From: Ministeria vibrans ATCC 50519
Lineage: Eukaryota; Protista; Filasterea
Direction of reading: 5' to 3'
DNA length: 64,000 nucleotides
Assembly (NCBI GenBank): GCA_943704425.1
Contig: CALSCP010001478.1
Location: 3,004-67,003 of the forward strand
Shown: positions 15,003-27,248 of the stretch, one piece after another
How positions within the stretch are numbered: position 1 is the stretch's first letter
Layout: each line of letters begins with the position of its first letter
Translations under genes and position numbers: made by a program
Notes under the pieces: model-generated
Told to the model about the DNA's origin: nothing
Databases searched by the model: none
The model's input: the letters and a program-made list of their open reading frames with translations, nothing else

Positions 15003-17507
15003 ATGCTAAGGCTCTTGCTGGTACTGCTGCCGGTGGCGGTTCTGGGTGTGTGGGAGGCGTGCCCTATCAACAGCTACCGGGCGAGCGAGGGGGCGGCCTC
15101 GTGCCTTGCGTGCGTGTGTTACGGGCACGGCTCTGCAACGCTCTACGCTGCATCGGGCGTCGTGCAGATGTGCAACCCGCGCGGGGGGCAGTGCAACTGT
15201 GACCCAGCGTCGAACACGACGGGTCCGCACTGCGCGTCGTGCCGGCCCGGCTTCTTTCGGCGTCTTCAAGGGGCGTATGTCTTCTCGGCCGACGACCGAT
15301 GCACGAGCTGCAGCTACGAGAGCCCTCAAGCGTGCGCCGTGTCGACCCTCAGCGACGGCTGCGCCCCCTGCAACTGTCTCTATGGCCTCTCCGGCAACAC
15401 TAGCGACTGCGACGGAGACTCGGGACGATGCGCTGGCTGCTCAGGCGTTGGTTGCTCTGATCCGGGCGCTGGAAACCTCTTTTGGATCGCTCTGGTTGTG
15501 TCGCTCCTTTACATTATCAAGTTCTCTCTGTGGCTCCTCATCCGCCATCGCATCGCGTCCGCACGCGGCGAAGGCTTTGCCCAGCGCTCTTACAAGGTCG
15601 ACAATAACCCGGGGCTCGATGGCATTGCACCTGTGGCCCGTGCCACTAAACCGAAGACGAGCAGCAGCATCGCGAGCTTTGGCAGCCGTGGCTCGGGCGA
15701 CGCATCGCGCTCGAAAAAGTCCAAGGGCAAGGGATCGGACACGCTCTCCGAGTCATCCTACGACTACGATGCCTTCCCCATGATGACCGTTGCGCCCATA
15801 CCCAGCAATAGCGGTCGGGTTTCGTCGACACGCGACGCACAGGCTCGCCTAGAAGCAGAGGAGGAGGACTTGCGTGTCAAGTCGGTGGCTCAGGCTCGGC
15901 TCGAGCGGGAAAAGCTCGACGCGCGCATCCAACGCAGCCCCATGGGTTCGATGCTGGGCGGCCGATCGGTCCAGGCACCCGTCGAGTCCATTGTCATGAG
16001 TCCCTTTGATGGTGATTCGGATGATGTTGGCGAGGACGAGCACAGCGACAAGCCAAAGGTGCGCATCAACCCGTTCCGCAAGACACCCGCCGATCGCAAC
16101 TCGTTTGTGGTCACGTGCGCCGACTCGTTTGACCCGAGTGACGCAAAGGAAGTGGCTGCGACGGTGGCGACAAAGGGGACGGCCGACGACGACATCGACG
16201 GTGGCATTGATGGAGCGCTTGAAAACAACAACAACGTGGACGAGTTGGGCGAGTACCTTGAGATGGAGCCTGCAGCTCAAGCGGACGAGTATGTGCAGAT
16301 GACGCCCTACGGCGACAAGAACGAAAAGGACGATGGCGAGTCAGCGATGTTGCAGAGCACGCCGACGGGTTCGGAACATGACGAAGGACCACCACAAATG
16401 GAGGAGGAAGAAGAAGAGGAGCATGAGGAAGAAAAGGAAGAAGAAGAGAAGAAAGCGGACGAAAAGGTCGCTCTATCGTTTGCGATTGCTCCGCTGTCGG
16501 ACAAGGAGGAAGAAAAGGAGGAAGAGCGTCCGGCTAACACATTGTCGTTTGCGAATGCTCCGCTGTCGGACAAGGAGGAAGAGAAGGAGGAAGAGCGTCC
16601 GGCTAACACATTGTCGTTTGCGAATGCTCCGCTGTCGGACAAGGAGGAAGAGAAGGAGGAAGAGCGTCCGGCTAACACATTGTCGTTTGTGAATGCTCCG
16701 CTGTCGGACAAGGAGGAAGAGAAGGAGGAAGAAGAAGAGCCCTTTTCGTTTGTGCGGCACTCATTTATCGAAGGAGACACTCTCACTTCAGGAGATGGGG
16801 AAGACCAACGGCCGACAGAGGCGACAGCAAGTGTCACAGCAACGACGGCGACCTCACTCCCAAACACGTACTCGTTCAAGTTTGACAGCGACGACGACGT
16901 TGGGCTTGCCGACAACGAAGGAGATTTCGTGGACATGGACTCGGTGCAGTTCGTCGCGGCACAAAAAGCGGCATCTGCAGCGCAAGAATTGTCCGCGTCA
17001 AAGGGAGAAAGCGAAGAGGAGGAGAAGGCGGATGAGGAGGAAAAGCCGAAAAAGTCACTCTACTCCAGTGTCGACTTTAGTGTCGACGTGCGTCCCTCGT
17101 CCAGCACCTCTCTCCCACGCGTACCGCCTACAACAGAAAAGGCCGACGACGATCTCGAAGAGGCAGCACAAGACAGCAACAGCAGTCCACCAGCGGCGTA
17201 CACCAGTCCGATTGCGTCTCCGCCTCGTGCTCGCGTGTCCATGGTCACAAGCGATGCGGTCATGTTCGACGACGATATTCCCGAGGGAGACGGCTGGGTG
17301 AGCGACAGCAAGGATGACGATGGTGTAGCGGAGAGTCCGCCTCCCTCGGCACCTGGCGTTCTTCGCTCCGCCATGAAGAAGAAGAAGAAGATGCCATCGT
17401 TGCTGCGCAAGGTGTCTTTCAACGGCGACGTTGTTGCTGTCGCTGGCGTTCCGTTTCCCAACGAGATAATCTCCGACGGCGAAGATGAAAATCCTTTTGG
17501 GTTTTAG
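15003..17507 (+). CDS. Single-exon type I membrane protein: signal peptide, Cys-rich laminin-type EGF ectodomain, TM helix, long acidic disordered cytoplasmic tail
   Basis: 834-aa ORF. Signal peptide MLRLLLVLLPVAVLG; CPINSY..GAASCLAC (GCC2/ephrin-receptor-like Cys motif); CVCYGHGS..CNPRGGQCNC..TTGPHCASCRPGFFR (laminin EGF); TM LFWIALVVSLLYIIKFSLWLLI followed by RHR. Confidence 0.85.
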   Translation: MLRLLLVLLPVAVLGVWEACPINSYRASEGAASCLACVCYGHGSATLYAASGVVQMCNPRGGQCNCDPASNTTGPHCASCRPGFFRRLQGAYVFSADDRCTSCSYESPQACAVSTLSDGCAPCNCLYGLSGNTSDCDGDSGRCAGCSGVGCSDPGAGNLFWIALVVSLLYIIKFSLWLLIRHRIASARGEGFAQRSYKVDNNPGLDGIAPVARATKPKTSSSIASFGSRGSGDASRSKKSKGKGSDTLSESSYDYDAFPMMTVAPIPSNSGRVSSTRDAQARLEAEEEDLRVKSVAQARLEREKLDARIQRSPMGSMLGGRSVQAPVESIVMSPFDGDSDDVGEDEHSDKPKVRINPFRKTPADRNSFVVTCADSFDPSDAKEVAATVATKGTADDDIDGGIDGALENNNNVDELGEYLEMEPAAQADEYVQMTPYGDKNEKDDGESAMLQSTPTGSEHDEGPPQMEEEEEEEHEEEKEEEEKKADEKVALSFAIAPLSDKEEEKEEERPANTLSFANAPLSDKEEEKEEERPANTLSFANAPLSDKEEEKEEERPANTLSFVNAPLSDKEEEKEEEEEPFSFVRHSFIEGDTLTSGDGEDQRPTEATASVTATTATSLPNTYSFKFDSDDDVGLADNEGDFVDMDSVQFVAAQKAASAAQELSASKGESEEEEKADEEEKPKKSLYSSVDFSVDVRPSSSTSLPRVPPTTEKADDDLEEAAQDSNSSPPAAYTSPIASPPRARVSMVTSDAVMFDDDIPEGDGWVSDSKDDDGVAESPPPSAPGVLRSAMKKKKKMPSLLRKVSFNGDVVAVAGVPFPNEIISDGEDENPFGF
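16476..16733 (+). repeat. Coding 69-bp tandem repeat (~3.7 copies; 23-aa unit APLSDKEEEKEEERPANTLSFAN)
   Basis: gctccgctgtcggacaaggagg starts at 16488, 16557, 16626 and 16695; copies are near-identical. Confidence 0.95.
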
Positions 17508-17838
17508 AACCTCAATATTCATAATAAATCTTTGTAACAAAGCATCATAATCTAAATAATAATATTGTTTGAGTCATAACAATAACAATCTTTTTTTGAC
17601 GTCTTTGGCATTTTGCAGAGCACTTTGAACCACATTAATAATTGATTATTAATTCAATAAATTATGGCGAAGACAAAAAGAAAATCTGCTCCTTGTTTAC
17701 TAGTTGTAGTGAACAAGTTTTCGTTTTAAAAGTTTACTCATGCGTCAAGGGAGACAAATAAAAAGAGAGAAGTTTTTACAGTCAAAGTAACACTTAAAAC
17801 TTAAAAGAAATAGAATTATTATTATATCTTATCGCGTC

Positions 17839-20683
17839 ATGAACTCGCTGGTCTCGCTTGGACTCGTCCTTACGGCAATCGTTGCGTGCGCGTCGGCCGC
17901 CGGTCAAAACGAGTGGAAGTCTCGTGTGATCTATCAACTTTTGACCGATCGATTCGCCCCGTCGTCGCCTCCGTCGTCGCCGTGCGGCGATCTGCGCAGC
18001 TACTGCGGTGGAAACTTTGATGGAATCGGTACGGCGTGGGGCAGTAGTTGCGGCGACAGTTTGTCGGTCAAACGTTCGTTTTGTTTCGTAACCGCATTCA
18101 CAATTGCGCCCGCAGAACCACGGGTTTCCTTGAATAGAATTGGCATGGTGTCATTGACGATACTATTTCCGCGGAGAGTGATCGAGAATCGCGCTTCGGT
18201 TGGGGGTTTCTTGCTTTTTACGTGATATATCGCAAAATTGTTGGATCCATTTGAGCTGACCAATCGAGCAATTCGCATCCAACGCCTGCGCACTTGGTGG
18301 TATCACGTTTGTTTGTGCAGTATGGCCTTGTTGCAGCGAACAATGTGGTCTTTTAAGACCTGTCATTTGCGTTAGGATGATTTATCATTGATTGTGTGTT
18401 TCATGACAAACTGTATTATTATTTTATTATAATAATTATTATTGTGTGTTTCATTCGTGGCATTTTTGGTTATTAATAGTGTATTTCATGCGTGGCATTC
18501 GTATTAATTGTGTGTTGCATACGTCTTGGCGTTTGAGCTCGGATGACATGAACATTGATTGTGTGTTTGATGTAGTGAGTAAACTGGACTACATCAAGGG
18601 GATGGGCTTTGATGCGATTTGGATCTCACCGATTCCCGTCAACACTGACGGAGGCTACCATGGATATTGGGCGCAAGACATCTACCAAGTGAACGGTACG
18701 GAAACGAAAAATAATAATCAGCTCTCTCATGATAATTAATTGTTTTGTTCACAGAGCATTACGGAACCGAGGCTGATCTCAAGGCACTGGTTGACGCTTG
18801 CCACAAGCGTGGAATGTTTGTTATGCTTGATGTGGTTGCGAACCATATGGGCAACCAGCCTAATGGCAACTTTGACGACTTTAGTCTGTTTAACCCGTTC
18901 AACTCGAGCGACCATTACCATGACTACTGTCAAATTGAGGTAAACAGAAAGTAATGAGGGGAAAACGAGGTCGAGAGAGGAGCGAGAGAGAAAAGACAGA
19001 GGGGGGGGGGGGGGGAGACGGAGAGATAGGAACAAAGTGATGGAGAGTAAGTAAACGAATGGTGCTTGTTGAGTAGGATTGGAACAACATGGACCAAGTG
19101 CGCAACTGCCGACTGGCGAATCTGCCGGATCTCAAGCAGGAGAATGAGTGGGTGTCCAAGACACTTTGTTCGTACGGCGTAGCAACATATTGATAATAAT
19201 ATTATCATTAATAATAATTTGCATAATCGTCGATATTTATTGTGATAGATGGGTTCAAGCGACTGTTGCCAAGTTTGGGTTCGATGGAATTCGCATTGAC
19301 ACTGTTCCCGAAGTGCCCGCCGACTTCTGGGCTAACTACGCAAAGGCATCGGGTGTCTTTACCATTGGTATAGTTATAATTATAAGAATAATCATTATGT
19401 TGTATATGCGTTGTATGTGTGTGACAAAGATGGCGTGACTGCCATTACTGAGAGAAAGAGAGAGGAGGGAGAAAGAAACAAAGTGATAGAGAGAGGGGAG
19501 GGAGAAAGAAACAAAGTGATAGAGAGAAAGAAACAAAGTGATAGAGAGAAAGAAACAATGAGAGTGAGAAAAAAACATTGCATCTCAGTTTGCTCACTGT
19601 CAATTCTCTTTCTCTGTTCGTGTCACACAGGGGAAGTGGACAATGGCAGTGTGGACTACGACAAGCCGTACCAGGGCCCACTCGACGCGATTCTCAACTA
19701 CCCGCTGTACTGGACTCTGCGCGATGTGTTTCAGGAGTCCAAGACCATGACGGAGATCCAGAGCCGCTTTGCCGAGGAGAAGCAGAAGTTTAAGGACGTG
19801 ACTGTGCTTGGTGTGTTTCTGGATAACCATGACAACCCGCGCTTCTTGAACATCCGCAACTCACAAACAGCGCTGAAGAATGCGCTTGCCTTTGCACTCT
19901 ACTCGGTGGGCATTCCTATTGTGTATTATGGAACAGAGCAGGTACGGAAGAAGAAGTGAGCGATGATTCCTGATGCTGAGTGTTCTACGTAGGGGTTTAA
20001 CGGTGGAAATGATCCCGTAAGAGAAAGAGTGACAGGCAGACAATCACAAACAATCACGCACACTTACTATTTATTATATTTTTCCATATATGTCTCCTTT
20101 CCCGCTCTACTCTCACACAATTTTCTTCTCTAAATGCACAGGACAACCGTGAGTCGTTGTGGCCCTCGTACGACACTCAGCACCCACTCTACCAGTTCAT
20201 CAAGACATGCAATGACCTCCGCGCAAAGGTCGGTGCGCAGACAGTTGCAGAGTCTGAGCACATTCAGCGTTTTGTCGACGATACCTTTTACGCCTTTTCT
20301 CGGTACAGCATTACACACACACACAAAAAAAAAAAGTCTCATTCACTCACTCGACTGTCCTTGTGCAGTGGAAACGTTTTTATCGCGACGACCAATGGAG
20401 AATCAACACAGACACGCACCATCACATTCCATCCGTTCCATGATGGTCAAGGTATGGCGCACACAGAAACTCCCAGAGAGAGTGAGAGACGAACATCCAG
20501 AGAGAAAGATCACAACGAAACCACTCAACGTTAATATGACACTGATCTTTTTTTTTTTTGTGTGTGTGTGTGTGTCCAGTGCTGTCCAACATTTTTGATC
20601 CGTCCGACACTGTCAATGTGGCGAACAATCAGTTTCAGGTCAACCTTGACTCGGGTCTGCCGAAGATTTACTATCCGCAATAA
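17839..20683 (+). CDS. Secreted alpha-amylase (GH13, Taka-amylase-like), ~10 exons
   Basis: Signal peptide; [73 protein letters not shown] (nucleophile D), [31 protein letters not shown]. Confidence 0.96.
19449..19560. repeat. Same minisatellite, reverse orientation, in an amylase intron
   Basis: Three to four gaaagaaacaaagtgatagagaga units. Confidence 0.85.
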
Positions 20684-20771
20684 TAAAAAAATACTCTCAC
20701 ACACAAACCAAAACTCCTTGTCCCTCTGGCATAAAAATAGATAGAAAAAAATATAATTATTATTCAATAGG

Positions 20772-20944
20772 TCATCTTGCAAAGAGACGCTTGACGAGCA
20801 TAACCTGTCCTAACCCGCACAGAATCACCACCAGAGTCTCTAGAACAGACCACCAGAGCACACGCGAGGCATTTTCTTCGGCCAGCTGTCGCCCTGCTGC
20901 CTCTTTTAGTCGATGGTGGGTCTACACAGTGTGTAAGCGTCGCA

Positions 20945-21028
<84 letters not shown>

Positions 21029-21867
21029 CCCTCGCTCTTCATTCACTCTTACTTGGTAGTCTAAGACTTGCTTCATGTTCACGTGGATCGTTGCCATTGA
21101 CGCTTCGAGTTGAGTAAGGGCCGTGGCCGTCTTGCTAATGTCCTTGGTGAGGTAGTCGTCCTCGCTCACCTTGACCACATTCAGGTACACTGTCTTGTGC
21201 GCAATCGTGCTCATCTGATTGCTGAAACACATCTACAGAAACACACGTGGTGGTATTGGGCATGTGGGCGTGCTTGCGGAATGCCACGCACCTTGATAAA
21301 TCCGTCTTGTTCGGGTTTGTACGTGACACTGTCGTATTGCACTTTGGTCCTACATGGACAAAAAAAAAGAGAGTGAAAACTTGTCGCACAAAAGACAGCA
21401 AGAAATAGAGCAAAAGCAGGTGTGTTTGGGGTAGAGGTGCACACATCACCAAACAGTATGGGGCCAGGCGAAGGAGGCGGCCGTTGGGAATGACGTGGAA
21501 GCGCTCGTTGGACGCGCGACTTACTTGTGAGCGATGATCTTGTCGTTGCCGTCCTTGATTTCCACATCCACGTCCAGGTTGGCACCGTACACCACCTGCA
21601 TTGCAATACAGACATGCCACATGTACGTGTGAGTGTCGTTTGGAGGACGAGTCTTGCTTGTGTGTGGCGCAAAGCGAACATTCAATCGATGCAGAAAATG
21701 AGCCTTACCTGAAAATCAATCACATATTCGTCTCCCGTTTTGACGTCCTCTTGGAAGCACTGCATGGCACGCTCCTGCAGTTCAAAAGTAAGCTCATTTG
21801 CAAGGGCCAGATCAGCGATGAGCAGCATGACAAGCGTCGCAAGCAAAGTCACTCTTCTCATAGTCAT
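20772..21867 (-). CDS. p24/emp24/gp25L (TMED) cargo receptor, gamma-subfamily-like
   Basis: Signal peptide, GOLD domain ELTFELQERAMQCFQE..DFQV..GANLDVDV..MCFSNQMSTIAHKTVY, coiled coil LTQLEASMATIH..LDYQTHHRLKEAAGRQLAEENASRVLWWS, TM, tail KRLFAR. Confidence 0.92.
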
Positions 21868-22129
21868 CGTCTAAGAGAGTGTTGGGGAGGAGGGGAAGGC
21901 AGCCAGCTACACTACAGCAAGGCGGAAGAGAGGGAAGGGAGAGAGAAAATGAATAACAAAAATACAAAATACAAATTAACAATTTAATAATTATTATTAT
22001 TATTTATTTTAACTAACACTAAATCACTACTAACTTGATAATAAAAGATCGATAAGTTTGATTATCAGTAAAATATTTTAGTACTAATAATTTCCATTCT
22101 TCAATCACAAAACATGACGTCTAGCACTT

Positions 22130-24256
22130 TCACGGTCTAGCAACCGTCACTGTCTCAATGTGTCCCGTCCTCTGAACCACAGCCAGCACCACATTACTCC
22201 CATACCCATACATCTTAGTGTCCCAGTTGACTCCCGCCAGTGCAGCCGCCCCAACTGTCATTCGCTTGCACACCAGTGGTTGGCCGTCTTCCCGTCCCAC
22301 TCGCTTAACAACATCATCATACTATAAGCCCCCCACAGAGAAAAAGTGAGAAGAAAGAAAGAAAGAACGAAAGAAAGAAAGAACGAAAGAAAGAAAGAAA
22401 AGAAAAAGAACAAACAAACAAAGAGTCAATAACACTGAGAAGCACCATAATTATGAGGTTACCGTGGAGAGCGGATGGATCGCAAACAAATCTGTTTCGC
22501 GATGATTTTCCGCACAAATATCTACCGTCGAAAAAAAAAACAACAATAATAATTATTAATACAGTCGAAAAATAATAATAATGCTAATAATGAAAATAAT
22601 AATAATAAATTTAGTATTATTATTCATTATTATTTTGCTTGTTTTAGTTGCTGATGTACCCTCTTCTGATTTTCCGTCAAAATGCAGCTTAAGGGGACCG
22701 GGGTGGGCAGGCAAAGGGGTTTCAAAGCCATCGAGTAGAGCGACGTCATTCTGGTCGACAGAGCACTCACTGTCACTGCTGGGCTCACTACTGGCACTCG
22801 ACGTACGACTGGAGCAATCCCTTGCTGCTCTCGCGTGGTGCCCCTGTGCATGTTTGGGGTGCCGTTGTTGTTGTTGTTGCTTGTTGAGTTGGTCGCGGCT
22901 GTGCAGGTACAGTCGGAAGTTACATCGCCAGTACCTAAAAAAATCGGAAGGGAGAAAGAGACAAAGTGATAGAGAGAGAGACAAAGTGAGAAAGAGAGGA
23001 GAGAGAAGAAGAAAAAAAGGATAGAGAAAACAAAGTAGATAGGTTAGTGCTTTTCGCTTTGTATTTTTTTGTTTGACGGACGACTAACCGGCAAAAATCG
23101 TATGAGCCGGGAAGGTTCGAGTGCAGGATAAACTTAGAAATGGTGTGGGAATGAGCATTGAAGAGAATGTCAATGCCCAATTGATAGTAATTCCAAAAGT
23201 AGTCGGTGGCTGGAGGATCCGCGGAAGAGAGGGCGGGAGAGGGTTTGAGGTCTGCGTCGCTCTCTTGGGGGTTGAGGGCGGCAAAGTGGGAGGCCGAGTC
23301 GGTCTGGTAGAAGACGTTGGAGGGTAAGCCGAGGGTTGCAAGAACATCTTGAGGGGAATCGCCGCAGAGAAGACGGGTGCGGCGCTGTTGGAAGTAGAGT
23401 GCGGCGTGGAGGGTGTCGACGTGGACAAGCTCACTGGTGGTTAGGGACGCGCCGGTGCAGGGGTTTGGCGTTGGTGCTGCGCTGCTGGTGGTGGTGGTGC
23501 TGCTGCTATGTGTTGGTGAGGTGAGGGTGATCCGCGAGGCGTTGCAAGGCGTCGTCGGGGTTGGGGGTGCACTGGCGTCATCGGACGACTCCAGGTCGAT
23601 TGGAAAGTCAAAGGTGATGCCAGGGTAGCTCAGCTTGTAGATGTGTGTGGCGCTGTTGTAAGTGCCCGGCTGCCATGGCCCAAAGGCTTGGTAGACGCTC
23701 TCAAACGAGGCATGGGTGTAGGGGGAGCAAAAGGCTTCGCCGCAGTAGCGCAAGGTCACCTTGGCCGGCACAAGCTGGTGAATGTCAATGAGGTCGAGTC
23801 GCTGAGTGACCGGCTCGAAGACGAGACGCATTCCAAAGGTGTTCAAGACGATTTCAATGTTGCGACTGGCCGGGTCCTGCAAGAGGGCGGTTAGCAAGGG
23901 CCCGGTGGCGGAGGGAGGGAGGGAGGGNNNNNNNNNGGGGGATGATCTGCAAAGGGAAAAGAGGAGAGGATTAGGGATTGCGTAGCGAATGCCGAAAAAA
24001 AAAAAAAAGAAAGAAAGAAAGAAAGAATGAAAGAATGAAAGAATGAAAGAAGTGGCGGCACTCTCGCGTGCAGTTGGTGCCTCTCACGACCACCATTGGC
24101 ACGGTGCATTGCAGCAGAAGCAACCGCAAGCGCCACACAGTCGGAAGAGAGACCATTGCGAAAAAGTGAACTTACTTCGAAAGAGACTTTATTTGACACG
24201 CTGGCCGGCTTGTCGTGGAGCGGCGGTGCATCTGTCGCTGCGCCCACGACACCCAT
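22130..24256 (-). CDS. PHAF1: UPF0183 family protein (phagosome assembly factor 1 / C16orf70-like); 5' exon structure uncertain
   Basis: GMRLVFEPVTQRL..I, ASFESVYQAFGP..PG.Y, LSYPGITFDFP, GDSPQDVLATLG.P, DYFWNYYQLGIDILFN..KFILHSNLPGSYDF.RY.RCNF; last exon ends ..GHIETVTVARP*. Confidence 0.85.
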
Positions 24257-24589
24257 GTTGGCGAGAAGATGACTAGGGAAGACGCGTAAAAATATTGTGA
24301 CTAAACTATAAGATTAATTCAATTCAAACTTCATTCAGCCATAAGCACGCCATAAGAACAATACATGCTTGGCTTAATGCTTGCCTGAGTGGAATCACCG
24401 AATCAGTATCCACTATTCAGTGGGCAGTGGACAGTGAGCTTTATGACGAAACAAACCCTTCAAACAAATTTTCATTTTTTCAAACCTATTGTTATAATAA
24501 TATTCCTATTATTCATATTTTTCGCAAGCGCGCGCATTTCAAACCGCCCTCCTAAAAGCAAGCGACAGCATCGTTTGCGACACTTCCCC

Positions 24590-26164
24590 ATGTCTCGTCC
24601 ACATGTTCCTGGGTACACCCTGGGCAGAGCCCTGGGCAGCGGTGGCTTTGCTGTGGTCTACACAGCGACGGAAAATGTTACAAAGAAACGTTTTGCTGTC
24701 AAAGTAGGCATTACAAGTTGAATTTGCACTGTCTGTTGTTGCGACACGGGGTCTCCGAAGCCATGTGTTGCGTTCCTCAGGACACCCTGCACCATTTTTC
24801 TCGATTTTCAGTGTTTTCCGGGCGATTTTTTTTTTTTTTTTTTGCTCACTGTCTTGCTTTGTCTTGTAGGTGATCAACAAGCAAGGCGCGGCTGCGTCGG
24901 GCATGTCAGACCGTGTCAAACGCGAGTGTGCTCTCCATTCACAGCTGTCCCATGCGAACATCGTCGCTTGGAAGGAGTGCGTCGAGACGGAACGCGACAC
25001 TTGTATTGTCATGGAAGAGTGTCTTGGCGGAGACTTACAGGCGGCTCTGCAGCGGAAGGCGCCCCTGCCTCCGGCACGCAGCATTGTGCGCGACACTGCT
25101 ATGGCCATTGCGTATCTGCACGCGCGTGGCATTGTTCACCGCGATGTCAAGTTGAGCAATCTGCTGATCACCAAGTCGGGTCGGGTCAAACTGTGCGACT
25201 TTGGCCTGGCTGTGTGTCTACAAGCAGCACAGGGCGACTCGAGTGCCACCATCTGCGGCACGCCCAACTTCATTTCGCCAGAGGTCGTCGCGCGCCAGCC
25301 ACACGGTCGTGCCGTGGATCTCTGGTCGCTTGGTTGTGTGCTCTTCGCGCTGCTAACAGGCCAACCTCCTTTCGAGGGTGGCGACGTTTCAAGTACGCTG
25401 GAGCGAGTCTCCAAGGGCTCCTTTGCCTTTTCCACGTTGACTACGACGGATGCAGCCACGCCGGCCGCTCGTCAACTCGTCCAGCTGCTCCTCACAGCGA
25501 ACCCTGCGCATCGCCCCAACGCCACTCAAGTCCTCTCTCACCCATTCCTCCACGAAGATCCCACCGTCATCAAAGATAGCAACAGTAACCTCAGTGCCAA
25601 CGACAGTGGACTCGGCCACTCCACCCTCAGCACAGTATCATCAACAACAACACCAACACGGTCCTCGGCAGTCGACACTCTTCCCCTTCCGCCCCTCTCC
25701 ACCCTCCGCCTCCGTCCTGTCGTCCAGCGCACTCGCTCTGCGCGTATCCAGCTCGACTCTTCTGGCTTTGTCCGTCTCACTTTTGCCACAAAATCTAATC
25801 CGGATCGTCTTTCGGACGAAATCTTTTCTGTCTCTCCCAACGGCGAAACTGTTAGTCCTCCTTTTTTTGACAATAATTATTTCAGTTAGACTAATTGTTT
25901 GTTTTTTTGTTTTTTTTTTGTTTTTTAGGTGACACTCTCTCGAAAGGACAATGTCACAGAGTACCGCCTGAGTCAACTTCCATCCAAACTTTTTGCGAAA
26001 TATCGTTTTGCCGCACGGTTTGTGTCGCTCATTCAGTCACAAACACCAAAAGTAACACAAAAATTAAGGCTGGGCCATTGTTATGACAGAGCTTGATTAT
26101 ATTTATTATTATTATCATTGTTATTATTATTATTATTAGTAGTAGTAGTATTATTATTAGTATT

Positions 26165-26210
<46 letters not shown>

Positions 26211-27161
26211 TATTAGTATAAGTATTTTTATTATTATTGATGATGGACTCATTCACTTAAACAACAACAAAAACCATTGCAGGTGACGCTGTACGACGAA
26301 CGGAGCAAACTGTGTGTGATGGAGCGCCCAGGAGACATTGAATTGCGGGACTATGTGACAGGGGAGACAGTGCAACGTGCAGGAGAAAGCGGGCAAGTGA
26401 GTGTATGTGTTGGGGAGAGTCCGAAGGAGGAGGAGGAGGTGGTGGAAGGAAAGGGGACGACGGGTGGTGAAACGGCTGTGTTTGCGTTGGGTGCGATTGA
26501 GCATGCGAGTGCGATGCTGGAGTGGATTGCAACACAAGAGAAGACGAAGACGAAGAGGAGAAAGGACGAGAGAGTTCTTGAGTTGCTTGAACGGTTTGCT
26601 GTGCTGTGGAAACACGCGAGTGCAATTGCGAGTGCTCTCGAGGAGACAAACACCAGCGGCACTCTGGTCTTTCCCGTTGTGCTTGGCCGTCGTCCTTCTT
26701 GTGCTCCTTCACTCCACACACAGCTTTCAGCCCTCGTACCTTCTCAACAACAACAACAACAACAACCACAGCTGAGAGAGAGCTTTCTTCACACATCATC
26801 CGATCAGAGTACACTGAACGCGCCACAGTCACAGCATACACGGCACAGTGGCTCGTCGCTCGGCTCTCTCTCTCTTCTCTCCTTCTCCTCTTCCTCCCCC
26901 ACTAGCTCCCCTCGCATTGCGTTTCTTCCTCACGTCGGATGGTCCTTCCGTCGCAGCACTGGTGACCTGTGGGTTCTCTCTCTTGACGGCCATCGCCTCA
27001 CTCTCTCAAACGACCTCTCATCCCTCACTCTCTTTAACGTTGACTCTCCCTCTCTCCCACAACACTTTTCACTCGACAATATCTCTCTGTTGCCTTCCCA
27101 TCTCACTCAAATTCTTGCTCATTTGCCCACTTTTGCTGCCAAACTCAAGCAATCCCTGTAA
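24590..27161 (+). CDS. PLK4: Polo-like kinase 4 (SAK), 4 exons
   Basis: Kinase LGSGGFAVVY..HRDVKLSNLL..DFGLA..TICGTPNFISPE; DSGLGHST; cryptic polo boxes PPLSTLRLRP..QRT, KYRFAARFVSLIQSQTPKVTLY, FPVVLGRRP; PB3 FLPHVGWS..GDLWV..DG. Confidence 0.93.
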
Positions 27162-27248
27162 CCAACCGGCCCAAGTATTTTTATTATTTATTTTATTATA
27201 ACAGTTTTTATTTATCAAGAAAAAAACAAACGTATGTGTGTGAAATTG

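Noticed and set aside
18029-18575. Long complex introns (amylase intron 1, ATP6V1B intron 1 at ~60710-61612, tropomyosin intron 2) as snoRNA hosts
   Set aside because: No convincing C/D or H/ACA box pairs with terminal stems; long 5' introns are ordinary.
6856-20683. GALM plus alpha-amylase as a carbohydrate gene cluster
   Set aside because: Separated by two unrelated genes; no transporter or other pathway genes nearby.
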